64,000 nucleotides of DNA from Schmidtea nova. Taxonomy: Eukaryota. The notes under the pieces were generated by a model. That model was given only the letters and a program-made list of their open reading frames with translations, was not told where the DNA came from and did not search any database. How positions within the stretch are numbered: position 1 is the first letter of the stretch; every line of letters begins with the position of its first letter. The DNA lies in NCBI GenBank assembly GCA_044892505.1, contig CM097882.1, positions 312,418,001 to 312,482,000 of the forward strand, written 5' to 3'. The position numbers were made by a program, and so were the translations under genes. Below, piece after piece: positions 8,046 to 16,573 of the stretch.

Positions 8046-10679
8046 ATGACTCAATCACCTGCTGCTCAGTCAACTGCTGCTGATGTAATGACTCAGTCTA
8101 TTGCAAATCAGTCAACTGTGACGAAGCAATATGAATTAGAAAACATTCTCAAATATCAAATTTCCAGTTTGCAATGTTTTCAATCGATTTTGGATTATTT
8201 TTCTCAACTAAATGGTGGAAATCTCGCTACTGCCTCAGTTCTATCTGATGCGAATGCAAGTCAACGGAGTTCTTTCGATCAAGGATCTAAAATTTCTCCA
8301 AACCAATCTGATAATATGCCACTTTCTTATGCTGATATTGAGACTAAATTCACTAAATCAAAGGATTTACTTATTGTCAAGCGCCTGGATTCATTGGAGT
8401 CTCAATTTATGAATATGGCTGAAAAGTTAGATTATTTGGTTTCTTTGTTTAATGGCTCTGTTGATGATTTATCAGATTTTCCTAAAGTAAATGAAAATAA
8501 TTTAAATAATAATCCTTTCAATAAAAATAAAGTTTTTGATATCAAAGATAAATTAATTGTAAATAATGTAGTTTTAGATAAATCAAATATTTCAGAATTT
8601 ATTGAAAATAATATTGCTAAAATTCCTAATAGTTTAATTGATGTAAATAATAAAATGTGTAATTCAAATAATAAATTTCTAAATAACCCTAATAAAGAGA
8701 ATGTTAAACATTTTAATAATCCCAAAGATACATCTTCAATTGATTTGACTAACGATAAAATTATGCCAAATGAAAACATAGAAATAATTATTAAAAATAA
8801 TAAAAAATCTGTTAAAATTATAGAACTTTATAAAACAACTAAACAGAAGTATGATAAATTTGAATTTAAAAGTCTGGTTCGTATTTTAACGAAAAGGGAA
8901 CGCCAGAAAATCTTGAATGCCTTCCCTGCTTTAATACAACTAATTAAAAAGAAAGAATCACAGAGTAAATATTTTGAAATTAATAAATTTCTTTCGAGCA
9001 AAGATTTTAATGTGAATCACTTGAATTTAATTAATTTTGATTATTTTTTCTATAGAAATTGTAATCTTTGTGTATCTTTAAAATTGAACAACGCTCCTGT
9101 CATTTCATCAGCACCAAAACCTGTTGTTTTAAAAACTATTAAATTAATTGACCATAATATCGTCAAAATAAATTCTGAAATCCCTGACTTTGTTCGAGCT
9201 CCAATGTCAATTCGAAGATTTTTATTCAATCTTTCGCACGATCTTTCAAACACTGTTTCCATCAAGGATGAGAAACACAGGGGAAATAAAATAAATAACA
9301 TTCTTACTTCAATGAAACATAAACAACAATTACCAGATTATTTAATAAAATCAAACATTAAATACGAAAATGGTGAGTTCTTATTATTAGATTTGACTAA
9401 CGATAAAATCAAATTGAACGACGATAATAACTTGATAAAATCAAATTTTTCTGAACTTACTAGAAGTCAGATTAAAAATCTTTACCATTCTTATCCTTCT
9501 CTTAAGGAAGTTTGTTTCGTTGAAAATCTTGAAACAAGATCATCATCCGTTAGTAAAATTATCGAATCTTTAAAGTTAATTAATGAATTTCCAAAAAATA
9601 TCATTTTTAAAGAGGGTAAATTTTATCAGTCTGATAAAAGAACAATCTCACCTAGTAGTTCTCCTGACATAATGTTCAACCTTGGTCTTTTTAATTTAGC
9701 TAGTATGAGTAGAAAAGATTGTGAATTAAAATCCATTTTAGAGAAGACTGGTTGTGACTTTAAAATAGTTGAAATAATATTCTACCTCAACTATTTAGGC
9801 TTGACTCAATCTTTAGAATTTTGCAAAAATCAAACTTATTCTGATTATGTGAGGAATTACGTCTGCAATTGCTGCTTGATAAACTCACTCTGTAGTATTG
9901 CTGATGTTGATTCGCTTTCATCTGAAGATTTTGAGGGTTGGGCGACCGAAATTGTTCAGAAAATCCCAGTTTCTTCCTATTACTTCAATAGCTGCCAGGA
10001 AAAGCTTTTAAAGCTGAAGCAATGGGACATTTCAACTAAAATCAAAAGAATCCATAACGTTATTTCACCTGAAATAATATCTTATTTAAATAACTTTCTT
10101 GACTCTGTAGACGTAAAATTTCCATCTAAGTCTCAACAACATAATATTCTAATTAAATTAATGAAAGCTATCAATGACATTAAAATTTTTGATGACATAC
10201 ACGGAAATAAAGCAAAAAGACTTGTTTACTTTTTGCTAAGAGATGCCAAGAAATATTTGAATAAAAATCAACGATTCAGATTATTTGAATCGAGCAATAA
10301 ATATTGCACTTTAGAGATGGAGAATATAATTTCAGTAATAATTGAGAACCTTACCAAAGTTACTGACCATGAAGTTACTACTCCTGAAATCACAGTTGAA
10401 GAAACGCCAATTGAAATAACTTGTGATCCTGAACCTATCGTCTTGATTAAGGAAATAAACTGTTTAAAATGCAACAATATCATCGAAAAATGCATTCTTG
10501 TTAGAGATGGAACAAACGTCAACATCTGTGAAAGCTGTCTATTTGACGCAATTACCTTTGAAAAGCCGATTCCTGAAGCTACTAATTCGGATATCGAAGA
10601 AAATATAGAAACAAATTGTAAGAAATCTTGTCCAAGACCTAGAAAAACAGACAAGAAAACATCAACCAAAGCAAAATGA
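8046..10679 (+). CDS. ORF1 (877 aa), unknown family; putative coiled coil, Asn-rich tract, C4 zinc finger, basic C-tail
   Basis: Long ORF kept in all copies; CLKC-x18-CESC at 10461-10538. Confidence 0.92.
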   Translation: MTQSPAAQSTAADVMTQSIANQSTVTKQYELENILKYQISSLQCFQSILDYFSQLNGGNLATASVLSDANASQRSSFDQGSKISPNQSDNMPLSYADIETKFTKSKDLLIVKRLDSLESQFMNMAEKLDYLVSLFNGSVDDLSDFPKVNENNLNNNPFNKNKVFDIKDKLIVNNVVLDKSNISEFIENNIAKIPNSLIDVNNKMCNSNNKFLNNPNKENVKHFNNPKDTSSIDLTNDKIMPNENIEIIIKNNKKSVKIIELYKTTKQKYDKFEFKSLVRILTKRERQKILNAFPALIQLIKKKESQSKYFEINKFLSSKDFNVNHLNLINFDYFFYRNCNLCVSLKLNNAPVISSAPKPVVLKTIKLIDHNIVKINSEIPDFVRAPMSIRRFLFNLSHDLSNTVSIKDEKHRGNKINNILTSMKHKQQLPDYLIKSNIKYENGEFLLLDLTNDKIKLNDDNNLIKSNFSELTRSQIKNLYHSYPSLKEVCFVENLETRSSSVSKIIESLKLINEFPKNIIFKEGKFYQSDKRTISPSSSPDIMFNLGLFNLASMSRKDCELKSILEKTGCDFKIVEIIFYLNYLGLTQSLEFCKNQTYSDYVRNYVCNCCLINSLCSIADVDSLSSEDFEGWATEIVQKIPVSSYYFNSCQEKLLKLKQWDISTKIKRIHNVISPEIISYLNNFLDSVDVKFPSKSQQHNILIKLMKAINDIKIFDDIHGNKAKRLVYFLLRDAKKYLNKNQRFRLFESSNKYCTLEMENIISVIIENLTKVTDHEVTTPEITVEETPIEITCDPEPIVLIKEINCLKCNNIIEKCILVRDGTNVNICESCLFDAITFEKPIPEATNSDIEENIETNCKKSCPRPRKTDKKTSTKAK

Positions 10680-10745
10680 AGATGTGTGCCTGCATCAGCT
10701 CAATCGTCTGCCATTCCCTCTAATGAGACTGATGCAGAGAGCACA
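10677..10745 (+). promoter_or_regulatory. Candidate UGA readthrough signal, copy 2
   Basis: Same stop + stem-loop as 1896-1964. Confidence 0.65.
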
Positions 10746-13700
10746 ACTAAAAATAATATTTCAACTATCGACAATCGTGATCCTGAAGTGTGGTTTTCTG
10801 ATAATGATATTGATTGGTATCTTGAAAACCACATTGATAATCCAATGCATGGATATATTAAATGCTTTATAGTAAATATCATCTGTTCTAACATCACAGA
10901 AGATATTGTTGAAATTCCACCATCTATTAGCAATGCTGAAATTGTATTTTGTCCACTCAACATTAACAATTCGCACTGGATTCTTTTTGTTTATAGTAAG
11001 AAAATGTTATCTTCTTACTTTATTGACCCAATCCTTGCAAACAGACAAAAGCCAATCAATAAACAAATGGCTCAGAGAATTAATCTAAAACTGAATAGAT
11101 TTTTTAATCTAAATATATCTGTGTCCCGACATCCACACAAACATCTTGAATATCAGAATAACAGCTTTGACTGTGGCCCATTTACGTGTGCTTATGCTGT
11201 GATTATCAGTAAAGATTTGAACAGCTTTCCAAATGGGTTCATAGAGAAAATTCGTACCAGTGTGCATGAAAATCAAAATCGTATGCAAATAACCGAATCC
11301 ACCTTATTCGCTGGTACTAACTCCAAGATGGACATGACCAAAATAAATATCAAGAAAGCCCTTGCAAAAAAGAAAGTCATCACCAACACCTCAGATATGA
11401 CCAAAGTATTGAACACTCAAAAACCGTGTGTGTCATCAATAATTAGTAAATATTACGAAAGTAATTCTAAAATAACAGTCTTATCTGCCGAACTAACTTT
11501 AAACCTAATTGCACAAAATACCTCCTTCATAGCTGATAATGTCACTTTCAAGCAGTTCAAAGGAATCGATCATGTTATAAGTATCATTCCTAAATTTAAC
11601 GATTGGTGTCTCTTTGTCTATTCGAATAAACTTGACAGGAGCTACATGTTCGACTTCAATTATCGAAACATTGATGAAAGGCTAATTGAAATTGGTGAAA
11701 AGATAACTGAATATCTGAATCAATTCACTCTTGTTTCTAAAATAAAATTCACACCTCATCATAGAATTTCTCATCCAACATTTCATTCTTACGATGATCA
11801 ATATTTTGCAAGTTCTTTTATTGTATTTTTTGAGAAACTTGTCTTTGAAAGAATACTGGACAATGATAAGGTTTATGACTCATTAAGTGCTCTAAAATAT
11901 CAGTCTTGTAAAGATCTTTCTCCTAGCCTAAGTTTCATTAATGGTAAAATATCCGACAAAATTATTGAGGAATATTTTGCTAGCCTAAACTTATCGACCA
12001 AATATATTCTTCTAAACACAACAATGTGTACTGCGCTTTCAGATGATTGCACTGAATACTTGAAAGACTTTGTAAACATTGAGTGCATGATGAAGGCTAC
12101 TATAATCTTTGTAATCATTTCTCCTCCAAGAGCCAACGACTTGCTCATGGTTATTGATTACGACGCTGATGAGCACTATTTATTAAGCCCAGTCACTAAT
12201 GACTTGTTCGTTATGACTGAAGGATTCTGCTATAAATTACTAATTAAAATTAATGAGATTAGAGAGAGCACAGGACGTTCCTTGAAATCGCGTAATTGTC
12301 GACATGACGTTAAAGGTTCTGGCTTATTTAGTAGGTTATTAATCTGTGCCTTTATTAAATATTATGCATTTGACCGATCTCTAGAAAATATCAATCTTCA
12401 TGAAATTGGCAAAATTATCTACTCACTTGTGCCATTGGTTGATAAAAATGATAATGCTGAGGAAGAAAGACGACTAAAATCAAAAGCTGTAAACTCTTTA
12501 AAACTAAATTTAAAACAGCGAATAGAAAAAGCCAATAATCTTATAATTTCACTTGAACACGCCAGTATTGATGAAATCATAAGTGGCATTCTTTCAAATA
12601 TTCCTCGTCTTAAAGATTTGAACACCGATCACATTCGTACACCATATTTAGGTACTAAAATAGAAAAAGCTAGAAAATTCAAAAATTCCACTGAGTTTCT
12701 GTCAAACATGAAAAAGACTGTGTATAGGATTTTGGGTAACAACACAGAATCAATTGCACCTCCTTATCAGGAAATTATTGACACTTTCAGTCATCCTGAT
12801 ACATTACCTAGAAATTGGGAAAACATCTTAAAATTCACTAAGAGTTCTAAATATAGTCTTGAATTAAATCCAATGACACCTAAAGAAATCCTTTCAAGTC
12901 TTTGCAAAGCTGACAACACTTCTCCAGGTCTTGATAATGTTTGTTATAAAGATCTTTTGTTATTAGACCCTGAATGTAAATTGCTAGCTTTTCTGTACAA
13001 TAAAATCCTAAAATTAGACATTATTCCTACAAGTTGGAAATCATTTAAAACGATACTAATCCCCAAACCAGATAAAAATGGCCAATATCATAAAATATAT
13101 TCTTGGCGACCAATTGCCTTATTATCTGTCATTTACAAAGTCTTCGCTTCAGTTTTGGCAAATCGTCTAAGCTTATGGATAAGAAATAATTCCATGTTAC
13201 ACATTGGCCAAAAGGGTGGTTCGGAGTACGAAGGATGTATTGAACACAACTCTATTCTTTCTGCTATCGTCGAACATTCAAAATACAGCAAGTCTTCACC
13301 TTTAACGATAGCTTGGCTAGACATCAAAGATGCCTTCGGAAGTGTTCCACATGACTACATGTGGACACTGTTAAAACACATAAATGTTAGTGATAGGTTT
13401 GTAGGAATTTTAAAACTGCTCTATACTGATACAAGCTCGTTTTACTGTTGCAATAAAATGCAGACACCGGATATTCCAATAAAGAAAGGAGTTAAACAAG
13501 GTTGTCCGATCTCAATGATATTGTTTGCAATAGCTATTAACCCAGTACTTGAGTCTATTAATCTATCAAACGTTAATCCTTTTACGATTGGAACATCTCC
13601 GGTACAGGTGTTGGCTTATGCGGATGATATCGCACTTATCGCGACAAATACCTCTGATCTGCAAATACTCATAAACGTTGCTGTAAACACCGCTAAAACA

Positions 13701-15296
13701 ATTGGATTTGAATATCGTCCAGAAAAGTGCGCTTATATGCAATTCCCTAAAATAGAAACTGTAAGCGAGATTTCTGTCAACAACGTTCTTATCAAAAAGA
13801 TTGCAACAAATGAATTTTACCAATACTTGGGAGTACCAATAGGTGACAATAATGATCAAAGTCCCTATGAAATTCTAAGCAAAGTAATTGAAGACACAAA
13901 GAAAATAGCAAATTCTGATCTTTACGGCTGGCAAAAACTTAAAGCGTATAAGGTCTTTCTGCATTCTCGCTTGATTTTTCCATTTAGAACTAGGGAAATC
14001 AAAACAAGTTCTTTAGCTGATTCGAGTAAAAATTCAAAATTAAATGTAAATAATACGAGTATTTTGAGGAGTCATCTTAGAAAAATATTGCACTTGCCAC
14101 ACTACTCTGAGATTAGCTATTTTTATAATTCTACTGAAAACGGCGGTGCAGGCTGCATAGACTTACTTGACGAGTATCATACACAGACAATCGTGTACTT
14201 TTTCCGTTTGTTAACATCAACGTGCGAATATTCGAAAAAGATAAATACTGACTCGCTTTTATTTGTCACAAGTCCGAGACTCGGAATCAAAAATCCAGTT
14301 CTTAAACAAAGTTTAGAATGGATAAATGGAAAAGAGAGCAAGAAAAACAACAGTGGTTGCAAAACTCGATTTTATCGGTTGCGATCATCCATTGCTTACT
14401 TTTCTAAAGTTCACAACATTAAATTGTTATTTGAAACAGTGAAAGGGAATCCTTCTATCCGTATAACCACTACACTTAAGGGAACACGTATATTATTACC
14501 AACATTAAGAAAAGCCTTGTCAATGATTTTACATTCAGCTCTCCAGGATTCGTATCTCGAGAAATGGGAGAATAGCAATCATAATAATCTGCTTGTATCT
14601 GCGATAAAACTCTGTCCACTTGTCAACAAGCTTATTTTCCGCAGTGATTTGACAGAATTTGAATGGAGATTCGTCCATCGAGCAAGAACGAATACATTAT
14701 CAATATTTGCGAAGCCATATAAAACTGGCGAAAATCGTCTTTGTCGTAGATGTAAGCTTGAAGACGAGACTTTATCACACGTTCTTCAAACTTGTAAAAT
14801 GAACAAATCTTTGGCAACTAGTCGACATAACGCTTGCTTAGAAAAAATAAAAAGCGAGTTGAAAGATCCAAACTTGTTAGTTGTTGCGGATCATAAATGT
14901 TCCCTAGTACCGACATCAACTGAACGCGTTGATTTAATAATAACCAATAATGATAAAAAGACCATATTATTGGTAGACATGAAATGCCCAATCGATTCGG
15001 TGCCCAACTTTGACTTGGCTGATAAAAAAAACATAGAAAAGTATGATAAACTAAAATCAGAAATTAAAATAGCCAAACCCGATTATAAAGTTGAGTTGTT
15101 TACCTGCATCATAGGCTCATTAGGATCCATTGAAATTAAAACACCTGATCTTTTAGTAAAAATGGGAGTAAAAGAAAATAAAGTAAAACGTCTGATGAAA
15201 GAGTGTGCAATTAGCAATATTGCGCACTCGGCCAAAATTTGGTACTTTCATACCAATGGCTTTCTTCCAGATAATATAAGACAAACTTGTAAATAA
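10686..15296 (+). CDS. ORF2 protease-RT-CCHC-RLE, copy 2
   Basis: Same motifs as copy 1; 7 aa differences. Confidence 0.95.
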   Translation: MPASAQSSAIPSNETDAESTTKNNISTIDNRDPEVWFSDNDIDWYLENHIDNPMHGYIKCFIVNIICSNITEDIVEIPPSISNAEIVFCPLNINNSHWILFVYSKKMLSSYFIDPILANRQKPINKQMAQRINLKLNRFFNLNISVSRHPHKHLEYQNNSFDCGPFTCAYAVIISKDLNSFPNGFIEKIRTSVHENQNRMQITESTLFAGTNSKMDMTKINIKKALAKKKVITNTSDMTKVLNTQKPCVSSIISKYYESNSKITVLSAELTLNLIAQNTSFIADNVTFKQFKGIDHVISIIPKFNDWCLFVYSNKLDRSYMFDFNYRNIDERLIEIGEKITEYLNQFTLVSKIKFTPHHRISHPTFHSYDDQYFASSFIVFFEKLVFERILDNDKVYDSLSALKYQSCKDLSPSLSFINGKISDKIIEEYFASLNLSTKYILLNTTMCTALSDDCTEYLKDFVNIECMMKATIIFVIISPPRANDLLMVIDYDADEHYLLSPVTNDLFVMTEGFCYKLLIKINEIRESTGRSLKSRNCRHDVKGSGLFSRLLICAFIKYYAFDRSLENINLHEIGKIIYSLVPLVDKNDNAEEERRLKSKAVNSLKLNLKQRIEKANNLIISLEHASIDEIISGILSNIPRLKDLNTDHIRTPYLGTKIEKARKFKNSTEFLSNMKKTVYRILGNNTESIAPPYQEIIDTFSHPDTLPRNWENILKFTKSSKYSLELNPMTPKEILSSLCKADNTSPGLDNVCYKDLLLLDPECKLLAFLYNKILKLDIIPTSWKSFKTILIPKPDKNGQYHKIYSWRPIALLSVIYKVFASVLANRLSLWIRNNSMLHIGQKGGSEYEGCIEHNSILSAIVEHSKYSKSSPLTIAWLDIKDAFGSVPHDYMWTLLKHINVSDRFVGILKLLYTDTSSFYCCNKMQTPDIPIKKGVKQGCPISMILFAIAINPVLESINLSNVNPFTIGTSPVQVLAYADDIALIATNTSDLQILINVAVNTAKTIGFEYRPEKCAYMQFPKIETVSEISVNNVLIKKIATNEFYQYLGVPIGDNNDQSPYEILSKVIEDTKKIANSDLYGWQKLKAYKVFLHSRLIFPFRTREIKTSSLADSSKNSKLNVNNTSILRSHLRKILHLPHYSEISYFYNSTENGGAGCIDLLDEYHTQTIVYFFRLLTSTCEYSKKINTDSLLFVTSPRLGIKNPVLKQSLEWINGKESKKNNSGCKTRFYRLRSSIAYFSKVHNIKLLFETVKGNPSIRITTTLKGTRILLPTLRKALSMILHSALQDSYLEKWENSNHNNLLVSAIKLCPLVNKLIFRSDLTEFEWRFVHRARTNTLSIFAKPYKTGENRLCRRCKLEDETLSHVLQTCKMNKSLATSRHNACLEKIKSELKDPNLLVVADHKCSLVPTSTERVDLIITNNDKKTILLVDMKCPIDSVPNFDLADKKNIEKYDKLKSEIKIAKPDYKVELFTCIIGSLGSIEIKTPDLLVKMGVKENKVKRLMKECAISNIAHSAKIWYFHTNGFLPDNIRQTCK

Positions 15297-15651
15297 ATAA
15301 TTATATATATATATAAATATTTGCTTTTTAAACTCTGTAAATAAAATTTAAAGTAAATATTTTGTAAAGTAATTTTTGTATTAAATATCAAATCTTTTTA
15401 ATCTGATAAATTGTCTTTGAGAGTTATTAAATTGGGAGACCAAGTATTCTGCAACGTATGTCACTTATTCTAGACTTATCAACTTCAAAATAATACAGTC
15501 GCAAAGCTGGATGACGAAATCCAAAGAACCAGAAACTTCCATTCAGATTGAACAATTATATTTTGACTGTGATTGTTTAGGCACTAATCCATGTTGATTA
15601 GATAATCTGTAAAAAAAATATGTCAAACTTGTTATATTTAATAAATGTTTA

Positions 15652-15706
15652 TTATCACGTCTGCCTAACACGCAGAAGGTCCCCGGTTCGATCCCGGGTC
15701 GAACCA
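15652..15706 (+). pseudogene. 5'-truncated tRNA-Val, nt 19-73
   Basis: Same junction as 6871. Confidence 0.95.
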
Positions 15707-15886
15707 AATTTTTCTCAATTCATTATTTGACTTTTATTATATTTGCAACTCTTTTTTTAATTCATAACGCAATTTTGTTGGTGAATTCTCTACTTTGTAC
15801 ATAAATTTTATTCAAGTGAATTCAGTACATTTTGTCAAGGTAATTCGAAAATCAAACATGCACAACAATTGTTAGTTGAAACTGTC

Positions 15887-15959
15887 GGTTCGATGGTGTA
15901 GCGGTTATCACGTCTGCCTAACACGCAGAAGGTCCCCGGTTCGATCCCGGGTCGAACCA
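15887..15959 (+). tRNA. trnV: tRNA-Val(AAC)
   Basis: Identical unit. Confidence 0.97.
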
Positions 15960-16139
15960 AATTTTTCTCAATTCATTATTTGACTTTTATTATATTTGCA
16001 ACTCTTTTTTTAATTCATAACGCAATTTTGTTGTTGAATTCTCTACTTTGTACATAAATTTTATTCAAGTGAATTCAGTACATTTTGTCAAGGTAATTCG
16101 AAAATCAAACATGCACAACAATTGTTAGTTGAAACTGTC

Positions 16140-16212
16140 GGTTCGATGGTGTAGCGGTTATCACGTCTGCCTAACACGCAGAAGGTCCCCGGTTCGATCC
16201 CGGGTCGAACCA
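16140..16212 (+). tRNA. trnV: tRNA-Val(AAC)
   Basis: Identical unit. Confidence 0.97.
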
Positions 16213-16392
16213 AATTTTTCTCAATTCATTATTTGACTTTTATTATATTTGCAACTCTTTTTTTAATTCATAACGCAATTTTGTTGTTGAATTCTCTACT
16301 TTGTACATAAATTTTATTCAAGTGAATTCAGTACATTTTGTCAAGGTAATTCGAAAATCAAACATGCACAACAATTGTTAGTTGAAACTGTC

Positions 16393-16465
16393 GGTTCGAT
16401 GGTGTAGCGGTTATCACGTCTGCCTAACACGCAGAAGGTCCCCGGTTCGATCCCGGGTCGAACCA
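16393..16465 (+). tRNA. trnV: tRNA-Val(AAC)
   Basis: Identical unit. Confidence 0.97.
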
Positions 16466-16573
16466 AATTTTTCTCAATTCATTATTTGACTTTTATTATA
16501 TTTGCAACTCTTTTTTTAAGTGTTGATATATATATTGTAAATTTTAACGATTGATAAATTCTTTCAAGGTTCG

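Larger units (their letters stand above)
7992..15651 (+). mobile_element. Non-LTR retrotransposon copy 2, full length (7660 bp), type-A 5' junction
   Basis: 54-nt leader, ORF1, ORF2, 3' UTR; 3' end at tRNA nt 19. Confidence 0.96.
15652..16519 (+). repeat. tRNA-Val array block 2 (1 truncated + 3 intact)
   Basis: 253-bp period. Confidence 0.97.

Noticed and set aside
7992-8130. HDV-like 5' ribozyme as in R2
   Set aside because: The leader is 12-54 nt and AT-rich; only 5-bp TGACT/AGTCA pairings are seen and I cannot build the nested double pseudoknot.
7980-15660. Target-site duplications or LTRs
   Set aside because: The flanks show loss of target, not duplication; the repeated flanks are host tRNA units, and there is no integrase or LTR-type gag/RNase H signature.
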